Assembly: GCF_033153115.1 (NCBI RefSeq)
Contig: NW_026889778.1
Location: 11,532,001-11,596,000, forward strand
DNA from: Saccostrea echinata
Taxonomy: Eukaryota
Direction: 5' to 3'
Length of the DNA stretch: 64,000 bases
A model generated the notes under the pieces. It did no database searches and was not told the DNA's origin. It worked only from the letters and a program-made list of their open reading frames with translations. The position numbers and the translations under genes were made by a program. This document shows, piece by piece, positions 41,501 to 55,100 of the stretch (positions are counted from its first letter, which is position 1; each line of letters opens with the position of its first letter).

Positions 41501-44500
41501 AAAGTCGCGAGAAAGAGAGGGACCTGAGGGCTCTGAAGAAACTAGAATTACAGATGAAAGTAGCAGAGGAAAATCTCGCTCACACCAAAACGATCCAAGA
41601 AAAAGTTGTATCACAAGTAAGCGGTATGCCGAAAGATGACGGAAGCTTGCAGAAGAAGAAAGACGATTTGGCCAAGGAAGTTGAACAGACAAAGAGGGCT
41701 CTAGCCACACAGGTAGGTCACATGATTGTTTGAATGTCCTTTTTTGTTTTTTTTTTAAGAGAAAAAACATTTCGAAATTTTTTTCATTACTGTAATTTTT
41801 AAAGTTACCACAGTTAAGTAATTTCTCTGATATTTTCTGTTTTTTTAATTCATTCTAAGTTAAATTTCTTGCCTGTTGAATTATAACTTAAGCATTTTTT
41901 TGTATAGAACAACCTGACAGCAGTAGAACATGTGAAGCTGGAGAAAAGTGCTGCAGATGAACAGAATCTATTGTATGAACAAAGTGATCTGCGTATAGAA
42001 GTCGTAGAGCTCACTCGACTGGCAGCCATCAAAGTAAGAGATTTCATGATGCTCAACTTTTTGAATACACATAGGCTGTAGCTTTACTCCCATATTTATT
42101 TAATATTTCTTTAAAATATTACTTTCACTCCCATCTTTTTTCTCATTATGAAGTTCTGATCAGCACTTAAATTTTGATATATTTGTTATCTCCCTTTTGT
42201 TGCTTAGAGAGAGAGAGCAATTTTACATGTTACTGAGGCTTTAAGAATTGATTATACAAAGACACTGATTTCATTTTCATGCATATTTCTGTGCACAATC
42301 ATTTAGTGTTTGAAATTAAGATACTTGTGTCTTTTTAAATAACATGTTCTTGAAATATTTGTATGTAAATAAAGCTTACAGATCATGCTTTTAAGTACTT
42401 GTATTGATTACAATAGGCTGATGAAAGGGAGCAGAAGGCTCGAGATTTCATGAGAGCAGAGATGAGGTACCATAAGGCTCGGGAGGATAAAAAGACAAAA
42501 GAATTGCAAATCGTGGACCACAAGAAGAAGTATCAGGAGATGATGATCAAGTGAGTGTATACAGTCAGACTAAGGATCTCAGTTACTGAAATTACATGTA
42601 TTTAGTTAGGATAACAAAGCTTTAGTTCGTAGATAATGAAACATGAAATGTTTTATCCTCTATTGAAGAATGTGTAAAAAAAAATGTAATTCATTCAACA
42701 TCCTTGATATAGTTTTGGCTATAATTCTTCTTGCAAGAGGCATTTTATCATATCTAAAAATTGATTAAAGGCACATTGAAAACAATAAAATATTTAGAAT
42801 AAAACATTGACATGAGAATGTTTTTTTGTTTTTGACATGTGAATAAGATACAAGTTTACCCATAATATACATCTTGTTAAAAGGTTGAAGGACTTTGCCA
42901 AGCTGTATGATGTCATTAAGAACGAGAGAAACAAATGTGTGAATCTGATCCAGACGAGTACACAGAAGGCGGCCGAGATGAAGGAGAAAATTAAAATCTT
43001 ACAGAACGAGATCGAAATCCTACGCACGGAAGTCAGCAAAAAAGACAAGTCAGTATTGATCATATAATCTGTAACATTTAGATATACATATATGGAGACT
43101 ACATGTATGTAATTATATGTCTAGTCCTATTATAATATGTGCTTGTTGTTTTAAGTAAAATATTAAGATTATGTAATCTAGATTATGTAATTTTATGACA
43201 ACTAAAAGGAACAACAGATCAAAAAACTTTGGCCTGAATTTTACCCACTTAGAGAAAAAAGAATTTTTATAAAATCTTATTGTGATCAATTTAGGTACCA
43301 TAAAAATAATGTTTCTATGTAAGTGAATGTATATGAGATAATTAATCCTAGTTTCAAACTCTAATTTCAATTAGATTGTTTCAAAATAAAATTACTCTCA
43401 CTTTGAAAATAAAAATTCACTAGAATGATTTTCTTCTTCAAACAGGGAACTTCAAAAGCGTCGGTTAAAACACATGCACAGTATAGTAATGAGGGATGGG
43501 CTTCGTAATGAAGTCGCCAAACAGAATTCTATTTACTCCGAGATGAAATCAACCGTGGAGCAACAGAAGATGGATCTGTCCAAGCTTAACATGATGATGA
43601 ACCAGGGAGAGGATGAGAGCAGTAAACTGAGGGAGAGGTACTCCGTGGAAGAGAAGAAGAGGAACGATAGGTAAAGGGGCATCATCAACATCAGTCAGTT
43701 CTTAGGCAGATTCTAATCATATTTTTTCTTTTTGTTGATATTTTATTTATTATGGTTTTTTGCAAAATTAGTTGGGCTAAACTTTAAATTACTGATTCAG
43801 AATATTCTTATCATAAAGAAATACAGTAACTATATTGATTACTTCATTGATGACTTAAAAAGGAAGAGTTATTTCCCTTAAAATATATCCCATGATGATC
43901 ATTATTTACCTGCTTTATTGTTTCTCTCATATAACTCTTATCCAAATAATTTTCTCTATACAACTGTACACATTTTATAGAGGTTTGAGGCTCATTCAGA
44001 GAGAGGAGGAAGTCTGCATATTCTACGAAAAAGTTAATATTGAAGGTAAGATGCTTGTAAAATATATTACGATTTAGAAAAAGTTTAAAATGTGCATATG
44101 CAATTGAAAAAAAAAATAAAGAACAGAGTGAAGAAGAAAGTAAAATTTAATATGATATTAACCTTCTTTACTATTTCAGAACAAATGATAAGAAATGGCA
44201 ATGTGGAGCTCCAGGCAAGAGAAGAGGAGATACGATTCATCAAAATGGCTCTGAACGAAGAGAAGAGGAAACAGGAGTTACTATGGAAACAGCAGCCCAA
44301 TAAGAGAGCTCTGGAGGAGGAGCTAGTGACCCTACAGATCCAGTTACAGCAGTGTCAGGACCGGATGCTAGAACTGGAACATCATCTGGAGGATCCGTAT
44401 GACGAGAGTCGTGTCCGATATCTGGAGGGAAAAGATCTCCCTCCGGCTAAACTACAGGATAAAATAGAAGATGTAAGGCACTTAAATATCTATAAATGCC

Positions 44501-45887
44501 TCTTTATTCATGAAATTTTGATTTTTTATCTTTTTCATTCATTGAAATATGCTTTTAATACAGAAGAAAAATAATTTGCTGGCTATTTCAAGAGTTATAT
44601 GAAATGAAAGTACATGAATTCATTTGATGCTTGCTTTTGACAGCTTGAGGCCAGGCTAGCTGAAAAGGAGGAACAATTATTAGAAAAAGATTTAATCTTT
44701 GAACAAGTAAATCGACTGGCCGACAGAGTGAAAAACAAAGCCGAAGGTGGAAAGGAAGACACGTTAGAACTTGCCAAGAAGGTCTGTCATGTTTGGTTTA
44801 CTTTTACATGTAGAAAATTAACACAACAAAAAAATTATCAAAGAACCACACTTCATATATGTGTATGGACTTCTTTAAAATCATGCTTGCTTGCCCTCTC
44901 TGACTCGGAATGAATATATTGGGTTGGTTTAGGAAGGGAAAATTTTTTCAGAAATTTTCATCATCGATGCTCAATTTTCAAACTTTTTGAAATTGAAGAT
45001 ATTAATAGAGATAAAATGTATTTAATCCTGCAGTACATTACAATATGTTAAAATATTGATAAATTCTATTCCAGGTTAATGAATTACAAGCTAGAATTAA
45101 AGAAACTACACGTAAAATGATGGCTTTAGTGTCTGAACTTTCAATGAATCAAGCCAACGCATTAAAATTACAACAACAACTGAAAGAGAAGGAGGCGGAC
45201 TTAGAACAGTGCTATATTCGTATGGAGAAAGGGGAGCCACCTAGTGACGAAGTGGAGGCAGAATGGCTGAAGATCCTCCGCGATGAGGACAGGAGGGCAA
45301 GGGACAAGGAGGAAATCAGACTGGTATGTTAATTAATTAGTACTGTACGGATTTTATCAATATAAGAAAAATGAGAAGAATTTATTGATGGTTATTGGAT
45401 TTTTTCAAACTTTTATGTGATAAGGCTTTAAATTGTTTTTTGGGAAAGATTTACTCATTTTTATATGACTAGGCTTGAAATTGATCATGTAAAGCAGGCT
45501 TGTCTATTTCTATTCATTAGAAGCTTAAAAATTATAATTTGAAAATTCGAGAGCTTTAATTTTTAAAAAAAAAATTCAATTTAAAAAAATTCATTAAAAA
45601 ATTTTGCTTTAAAGTGTCGGTTTAGTTGTTAAAACATGGTACATGTATATGCATTGCAGATAACACTGAAATTTATTTTGCAGATGGAGGAAGAAGAAGA
45701 ACAATACAAGATAGCGGGTGGTGTCACCACCACCGCAGAACCACGCCCCAACGCTTATATCCCTGATGATGACAGCGAACTGCCAATCCCAAGACCCTAC
45801 GGCAAACATGCCCCCTTCAAACCAGCAGAATCTGGATCCACCATGCGACATATCAGAAAACCAGTGCCTAAGCCTATTGAAATCTAA
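38582..45887 (+). CDS. CCDC146: Coiled-coil domain-containing protein 146 (cilia/flagella protein), multi-exon
   Basis: MSDVESEDG...[12 protein letters not shown]; [20 protein letters not shown]; [16 protein letters not shown]; [10 protein letters not shown]; C-terminal [56 protein letters not shown] exon boundaries; the ATG directly follows an acceptor, so a 5' UTR exon should lie upstream. Confidence 0.92.
39471..39647 (+). mobile_element. Tc1/mariner-like MITE, copy 2
   Basis: AGTCAAACCTCGTTATTCC...GTTCGAGATACTGAAGTTCAACTG. Confidence 0.78.
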
Positions 45888-46501
45888 ACTGTCAAAATTT
45901 TACGTGTCTTATTTATTGGTTCATGTCAAAAGATATGTCAGTGTGACTGGCCATAAGTGTTCAATGGTAATGCATGGTGGTTTACAACTCAGATATTCTA
46001 TAGTCATTACGGAAATGTGTACAGGTATTAATGACTTCGATTTTTGAAGAAACAGATATTTGAAAGGATTTCCAAGAATTTTGAGTTACCTACAAAGAGA
46101 AATCATGTCTAGGAAAGTCTATTCTGTTAAGAAATAGACAAAACTGTGCATGTCTGTGCATTGTATTTTGTTAATTGCTTTGATGTTTTATGTATAAAAC
46201 CATTGAGATACTGTGATATCTTCATGATCTATATTTTTTTCTCTAATGTTGAAGTAATAAAATATGAAAATACCTATATGTATTTCTTTTTTTTCTGTTC
46301 ATGAATTTCTATAATGTTTACCAAGTATATTAAAATCTTTTCTATTATAATTATAGACCAGTAGCCAGGTTTTCAATAATGAACATTTAATTATGAAGTT
46401 GTCTGACAGAGAAGATTTGTTGTCAATCTGAAAAAGTTTCTGAAAAGTGGTCACCAAAGGCAAGCCAGTGCAGGTGTAGAGTATGATTGATTTAAAATAC
46501 A

Positions 46502-46677
46502 TTTGAACTTGGGTATCTCAAACACCGATATCTCGAATACCATGGATATGTCGAAGTGATTTTGAAGTCCCAACCACTTTTACTTTAAGTATTTTACCCT
46601 CAATATCTCGAATCCTCGGATATCTCGAAGGTTTTTTTTCTCGGTCCCATCGAGTTCGAGATAACGAGGTTTGACTG
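46502..46677 (-). mobile_element. Tc1/mariner-like MITE, copy 3
   Basis: Reverse orientation; ends GTTCGAGATAACGAGGTTTGACTG-TA. Confidence 0.78.
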
Positions 46678-46907
46678 TATATAGCTAACGATGGTGAAAA
46701 TTCGAACTCATTTATAACAACAGGAAGAATCTGCAATCTTAAAACTGGAAGGGTAAGCTTCATTAGGATTTGCTTTTATACAGCGAAACAGAATTGATGC
46801 ATGTCTTTCTAGTGCATGTATGCAGGTCTGTAGCAATAAAAAGAAAATTTATTAGAATTTAGAAGTTAACAAGGCGATCTCTTGGTTTGGATTTCATACA
46901 TTTCGTG

Positions 46908-46909
<2 letters not shown>

Positions 46910-46938
<29 letters not shown>
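46910..46938. repeat. (GA)n microsatellite
   Basis: Pure GA run. Confidence 0.95.
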
Positions 46939-46941
<3 letters not shown>

Positions 46942-49127
46942 CCCGAAAGCAAACCAGAATCCGGGGCCATAAAGCTAAATTGAGCTAGCTCACTTTTTCA
47001 CTTTAATTGTTTTTTTTTTAAGCGAGACTTTTATTAAAAGTGAGCTCATCTAAGCAGCTAAGTTTTGTGGGCCCGGAGCCAGGAGGGGATCCACTCTCTG
47101 CACTATCTTCAGTCACTGATTTGGAATTTATAGATTTCTCTATTTACAGCAGTCGGAAGGATTTGTTTCCACTCATTTTACCAAATAAGATTCTTGTTTA
47201 AAATAATTTTAGGGGTTCCCTTCGCCCCCAAAAGGGGGAGGGTCTTGTTTATATATCATTCTGCAATACATTTTATAAATTATAGAAATTCAATGTCAGT
47301 TGAACATATATACATTACGCCCTATCAATACTTGCAAATTATTCCTGCAGAGGGTGGGATGAATGCATGGTTGGCAATATAAAAATATGAATGACAGTGC
47401 ATATATATGTCAAACGTTCTTTGGGCCCTCTGTGGTAGTGAAATCGTATACACACGGAGTCGGTCATTCCTTTGGAACCCTTCCTTAATTGGAGTCGAAT
47501 CAAACTTTTAAGTATATATTGACAATATGCTGTTGATACATGTACATGTAGTGACCTATAGCTATAGGATCTTGATTCAGAGTCATATCTCAATGATCAG
47601 AGTCAATACTTAGTGGGCAGTGCGATTTAAATTATGATACAAACCTTGTCAATTAAGTCAGTATTTTGAGTCATAAGAACATATTTTATTATATAATCTG
47701 TTCAACATAAATAGATTTGGCAGCAAGCATTGTCATTATAAACTTTCTTCATGAGGCATTTTTTTTTAATTGAGCCTAATTACACGCTATTCTGTACCAA
47801 GATTTTTTTTTGTCGAAATATGATCGATAGTGGGAATCTCCCACCACTTTCCCCAATATTTCAAGTAATCTAAGTTTTCCTTTTTTTGTTTGGCCTGTCA
47901 ATTTTTTCCAAGACTTAATTTTTATTTTTTATGGGAGGGGGTTGTTTCCTATCCCCCCCCCACTTCCCTCGAAAAAGGGTGCTGCGTATCTGATGATACA
48001 ACCAAGGTATAAAATTGGGAAGGCGCATGCATCTTTTTTTAATTTGATTAATTTTGTGAGTACTTCATTTCGTGCATGTATATGAATATGGGACTTTAAA
48101 TAGTGAATTTGATACCACTTTACGGACAAAAAGTTTACTGCACTGTCATTCGTAAATATATGGCCAACATAATAAAGCTGCAATTAATTGTCAATTTGTT
48201 TTTTCTTGTCTATTTTCAGCTTGAATTATAAGAACCGGTCAACAATTTTAACAAGTAATATTTTTCAGTTTTATTCAAAAAGGTGCCATAAATATAGCGT
48301 ACACATATGCCTTTTAATCTCGCTTTTCAGTTATTTTATTTCAATTGTTATAAATATTATGACATAATAATATTTATATTATGCATTTCTTTACAGCAAA
48401 TTTTTAACTCTAAAGCATCTTATTTGCAAATAAAACATTTTTTTTTTCATTTTCTCAGTGTAAAAAACTTTGGAATTTTTTTAAAATAAAATAATTAAGA
48501 GCTAATATCGGCCTTGTCTTAAAGATCAATGAAATAAAATGTGGCATTCCTCCTTAAATTAGCGAAATTTAAGTGGCATGGTCAAAAACAGGCAAATTCC
48601 CAGGCTCTCTTAACTGAACTAATTTAATAAAATAAATGACGAATGATAATTTTATATAGTGCACCCCTTAAGCAAAGGGAGGGTAGTCCTATATAGACTT
48701 ATTCGTCATTAATTTTATTAAATTAGATGGGGAGCGCCTATGGGTATATTATGCGAGTAGGAAGTAATGTAAAATCTTCCTCATTTTGACAACTTGACAT
48801 GATTATGACCAGTAAAAATGCTCTCAAATATTCATGATATTTACGTGTATTTTTCATATAGAGGAGAAGAAATATATTATAATATATAGAGTCGGATAAT
48901 GAGATATTTCATTATTGATTAATTTAACGTACTATAGAATTTTTTTTGAAATCGAAATACTATAGATTCATGTAACCATTTGAAGCAAGATGTTAAATGC
49001 ACGAGTTCCCTGCCCTTGGTAATTCAGCGAGTTATTTCCCGTGTTTCGAGCTCTTCCGTTTTGTTTTCCTCTGCTCCAACATGACACAGTATTGACTACA
49101 GTAAACAACCAAGACAAACAACAAAAC

Positions 49128-52100
49128 ATGAATATCTTCATCTCAGGATTCGCCATCCTCAGCGTACTGTGTGCAGTATTGTTTATTTACACCAGAACTG
49201 CTTTAACAACCATCAGCGATGCCGCTTTCAAAAATTTCCAACGTGTCTATTTGGTCGTCTACCTGCTGGCCATGGGTGAGTGCACATTGATAGCTATTAT
49301 AAATAATATATTAAATTGACCAGCAAGTATTTACCATTGTACGTAAGGCGTGGAACATATAAAATGACTGCTGATACTCATGGAACAGAGTGCCACGTGT
49401 AAGACAGGATAAGTATAGCCAAGGTCTAACGAGGTTGCTTTGACAGTGTGCATTGTCGTAAGAAGGATTTAAGTTGAAGTCCTATCAAATGTCAAGCTGA
49501 TCAGCTTGACCGATGCAGTTGTAAAAACACTGAAGCTACATGGTACTAACTTGCACAGCATCTCTAGCATTCATAAATGCATATAAAAATTGTATCAATT
49601 ACAAAATGCAAAAGGGAAGGGGGACATGTATATATCCTGGTTTCATTTAGATAATTCAGTGAATTAGTAGACCATGTAATTCTGTTACACTTGAAAGATA
49701 ATTGAATGTTTGAAAGAAGACACACTGTCCCCCATTTTCCGTGATGTATTATGTAATTAACCCGATGTGTTAGATCCAAAACTGTCAACATGTTTTACCT
49801 TCCTGAATCCTGATAAATAATCAATTGGCAAATACATGAAAGCCATGCAGAAGCTCAGATTTTTCTTGATCATGGACACAACTCGAAGATCTTGGGTTAA
49901 TAAGGTTGTTGACTGTAATGGAAGCTAGTTGATTTAAGGGAATTTCTTTGAAAAGAATTGATTTATCAGACAAAGGGGTGTGGGTGTGAATTTAAGGTTT
50001 TCTGATCAGAGAGGAGTTTGGGGGGGGGGGGGTGCTGTCTTGGTACTTTGGCCAGGGACATTAAAACGGGGGAAAATTAGCAAACTTTTCAACTACCGTT
50101 TGAAAGTACTGATAAATTCTGCACATGATGCCATAATGTTGGAAATATTGGACATAAATTAATTGTATTTATCTTAATGATTTCTTAGAAGAAAAATGAT
50201 TAATTAAATACATAAATTTGCATACTAGTGTTTAGTTTTCTTTATCGTCAGCGATACTTGTTAAATTATTGAAATCATAAATGCATGTTTAATTAATTTC
50301 GTGTGTTAAGGGCATCATTATTGAATGGATAATTAATTAATTTATTGTGTTTTTAAGACATTCAAGTCCAGTTATGGCATGGTAGTGCAACATTCCATTC
50401 AAATTGAGTACACTTGTTGATTGTATAACCAGTTAGATTTTGGTTATAAAGTTATAAAAGTAATTCCTGGACTATATCCGTTGTTTAGCGTAAACGGGGA
50501 AGAAGGAATGTTGGCGGGTAAAAAGTAGCGGCGCTGTGGGGCCGTAATACAATGCAAACGAGAAAGGTGCCGTATTCCTTATGGTCTTCCAATATAAAGT
50601 CCAAGAACTGGTAAAATTAGGTTTCCGAATTTATTATGGACGATGGTAAATAACAATGAACATGAATTTTAACAAAAGTTTACAAGTCTTAACCGAGTTG
50701 GATGTGGCCGGTAGAGCATCGGGCCTCCAAACTGAAGAAGGTATAATGGACATAGCTTTTTGTAAGATAGAGAGTAAACAATAATTGAATTATGACACTA
50801 GCTGAGTTAATTGATAGACAGGTGTGTTTCTTTGATGGAATGGACATAAAAGACATTGCTAAATAATTATATAAACAAAGTTATTGATATTAGACTAACA
50901 GGTCCTGAGGCATTTACACCTAATGAGTATCAATTCTTTTGACACGTCACTTAAAGTCAATTGGAATGTCTTAATCCTGTTTCAAAGAGAATGAGATTCA
51001 ATCAACTAAGTAATATACACACAATGATAATAGATAGAGAATTTAACAGATAAATGTCCAAATTTAGTAAAATATGTTTAAAGAGTTATTTATTTCAAAA
51101 ACGTTAATTTTGCTCGGTGATAATATCCTTCGAATCTAATTGTTTAATTGACCAGTGACACTTTTCGGACTCTTGATCTGTTGTTACAAAGAGACAGAGT
51201 GCTGTGTCTCAAGAACTGTTAATCTCTAATAACAGCACTGTGTAATTATCTGCGTTTTTTTTAATGTCCAAACATCAAAGCGTCATTGAGTTTATTTAAT
51301 TAATCCATACCTGTGAATCCTTCACTCATTTTACTAAATGTCAACACCTGTCATTTATTTACTCATTATGTACATTCTTATAAATAGTCATGTATAATTT
51401 CAATCATTAGTCTGGAATATACGAAGGCCAGTCTCGGCCAGTCCGACTCGTCAGGACTCTGAGTCCGGGGCAACTTCTGCCAAATCCGACTCGATCATTT
51501 TTAATATGTCTGTTTGTTGATTCATGTAAACTATTGCCATCGTTGAGACTCATCTAATAAATACGGAATCCTTCATCATTTGTTTTATCTCTGGAATTGC
51601 ATATTGGTGGAACTTCGGGAACACGGCACACCTATACTTTGTTTTTACCTCACGGCCACACAGCGCCTCTACCTATACCTCGTACCCCCCTACGCCAACG
51701 TTCCCTCACCCCGTTCGTTCTGCAAACAACGGATGCTGTTCCAGACGAATTCCTAAGTACCGTCCAAATCTACACGGTCACAATTGGTGGATGAATCCTA
51801 AGGGTAGCACAACGCCCGGGGCCGCTGCATATATTTTGCAGTGGTCAGATCTCAAACCTCTTCAGCAAGCGAGTTCCCCCATTGAACCACTCTGCTCAAC
51901 GTATCAACGATGGACAACCACAGTGAACAACATTCATTGTCAACACTTTCAACATCTCTCTTTTGACCACCAGGATACTCAAACCTATGTTTCAGTTAGT
52001 GCTTACCGGTGTGTACGTCTACAAGAACATGAAAGAACAGAATCCGAAAAATAATTAAAGTGAAATTTCTTTCCAAACACGAGGACGTGTTTTTCCCGGA

Positions 52101-55100
52101 GCGGAGGGAAATTATCACAGTGAAAAATTCACTGTTCAAGAAAGAACTTTATTTTGGACTTTACTTTTCAATTTTTAAGTTGTGTCATATTTTATTTCTC
52201 ACGATATGTTTCGCGAATCTAATTGTTTAATTGACCAGTGACACTTTTCGGACTCTTGATCTGTTGTTACAAAGAGACAGAGTGCTGTGTCTCAAGAACT
52301 GTTAATCTCTAATAACAGCACTGTGTAATTATCTGCGTTTTTTTTAATGTCCAAACATCAAAGCGTCATTGAGTTTATTTAATTAATCCATACCTGTGAA
52401 TCCTTCACTCATTTTACTAAATGTCAACACCTGTCATTTATTTACTCATTATGTACATTCTTATAAATAGTCATGTATAATTTCAATCATTAGTCTGGAA
52501 TATACGAAGGCCAGTCTCGGCCAGTCCGACTCGTCAGGACTCTGAGTCCGGGGCCACTTCGGCCAAATCCGACTCGATCATTTTTAATATGTCTGTTTGT
52601 TGATTCATGTAAACTATTGCCATCGTTGAGACTCATCTAATAAATACGGAATCCTTCATCATTTGTTTTATCTCTGGAATTGCATATTGGTGGAACTTCG
52701 GGAACACGGCACACCTATACTTTGTTTTTACCTCACGGCCACACAGCGCCTCTACCTATACCTCGTACCCCCCTACGCCAACGTTCCCTCACCCCGTTCG
52801 TTCTGCAAACAACGGATGCTGTTCCAGACGAATTCCTAAGTACCGTCCAAATCTACACGGTCACAATTGTTTCAAGTCTTATAAAAAAACAGATTTAATT
52901 ATCTTTTAATAGAGTAAGATCTATGAATTGATTTAGAAATTTGATCACATGCTGATTAACATTGATGGTCCATGGATATTTAGTTTACTAGGCAGTTTGT
53001 AAATTCCAAAAAATACAACTTGTGTTATATATTAATAAACAATTTCATGTGTAGTATCTAACTTGAAAACGTTGGTAAGAGAAGGCAACGTCATTGATTT
53101 AAGATCATTTATCAGACTAAATATATTACTGAGAAAATATAACTTTAATCGTGTCAATGTACCTCTAAATGGATATTTGACATCTGACCTAATATAGAGT
53201 ATAGACATGTTTCAGGTACTTGATTTTATGCAGGTTTAGGCAGCTTTGCAGTAAGTGGAAATTGATAACATAAGTGTGTTGTCATACTTGTGGACTGGGA
53301 CAGATCCTAGTCAGTCAAAACTTCAGGAAATGGGCCTACTTCTAACTTGTCTATATAACCTGTAGATGTACTGATATTTGATTGTATTTGATTGACAGAA
53401 TCAACCATTATTGATAGTGGAAAATATAGTATTGCATGCTTATACATGTACCGCATAAACATATGTTTAAATACATTGATTGGTTCAGTTTACAGTGTAT
53501 TTTTATAACCATTTTAAAAGCCACCTTTTTCATCAATTGAAAAAAAAATTACATTTTAATATTTGATATCTTAAAAACAATTGGGAAAATAAAATTAATA
53601 CAATGTATTCGGAAAATGACCACATATCCTAGGGGAAAACTTCCTATAATTGACCTTGGTTTTAGGCCATGAAAAACACTGACTTAGAATTGTTAGATGT
53701 CAAATAATAGATATTTAAAAGGGTCAGGTTATGAGTATTAAATAGAGGTCACATCATTGATACATGTGGATATTGATTAATGTTACAATGTAGATAGTGA
53801 GTACTGTGCTCTATATGAAAAAAAAATCTGCTTAATAGGCATAATTATATTGTTAAAATGATAGACAGTGCATGTCCATTAGTCAATAATATAATCAGGA
53901 TAAAACATGTATAGCTTTGAATTTTATTCCCCACCATGACTATATGCATGACTTAGGTAAATATGTCCATATTCTGTCCAGTTAAAACCCTTCCATCCTT
54001 CCCTCTGTGTGACTCAGTTTCAAAAATACTATTCAAGGTATTTTCATAAAAATTCTTAAGTGGATACAGATTTGTGAAAAATTTAGTCGTTAAAATTTTC
54101 TGGCTTTGACCTTCTGTTTGCATGACTCTGACCTATTTTTTTTTTCATTTAGTTTTAGATTATTTTCAACAACATTGTTCAATATACAGTTGAACTTCGG
54201 TGTCTCGAACACTGATATCTTGAATAACATGGATATATCAAAGTGATTTGGAAGTCCCAACTACTTATTCTCTAATTATTTTACCCTTGATATCTCGAAT
54301 CCTTGGATATCTCAAATTTTTTTCTCACTCCGATCGAGCTTGAGATAATGAGGTTTGACTGTATTCTCACCAACCTTCTTATCTTTTGCATATTTTGGAC
54401 AGTAATGTTGATGATCCATCTATGTAAAGCTCTTTTGATTTATTTAGTGATATATGAAAATGATGAACTTTTGTGGTTTTTATTTCTTTACAGCGGGAGA
54501 CTGGCTACAGGGCCCCCATGTCTACGCCCTCTATGACAGTTATGGCATGTCAACACACCAGATTGAGGTCCTATTTGTGGCTGGGTTCGGGTCCAGTATG
54601 ATCTTTGGGACAGTTGTCGGGTCCTTTGCTGATCGATAGTAAGATTTACACTATATTGCAAAAGATCAAAACAAAGCTAGATCTCTCATTTTAAAGACTT
54701 GCTAAAGAAAATTTAAGCTTAATTTTCCTACACAATTTAACAACAACCTTCTTGGTGCATAGTTATATGTTTAAAAGTTATTGTCTATTTTAGTGGAAGA
54801 AGAGCTAACTGCATTCTGTATGGATTTCTATATGGAGGAGCATGCATTACCAAGGTAACAAACACTAGAAAGTGTCAGTTATATGATCAATTTAGCCCCA
54901 CTGTGGGGCCTGAACCAGGAAGTTGAAGTTTATGTGTTGTATATATGGCAATTACTTTTCATGACTCCTAGGTAATATGTTATATTAACACTAGTTGCAG
55001 TAAATGGAAATTTTTTATGGGGTAAAGTTTTGCAATTTGGCCAGTGGGAGTTATTTTTGCCTCCAGTTATAAAAGAAAAATTACCTCCATTTCAATATTG

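Noticed and set aside
46960-49510. Short inverted repeats (~46962-47076, ~48600-48743) and a 20-bp palindrome at 49491-49510
   Set aside because: Probably decayed MITEs or chance; TSDs and family could not be established.
51597-52898. Duplicated 65-72 aa ORFs (MHIGGTSGTRH...)
   Set aside because: They start at TTG inside the LTR-like repeats and show no recognisable domain.
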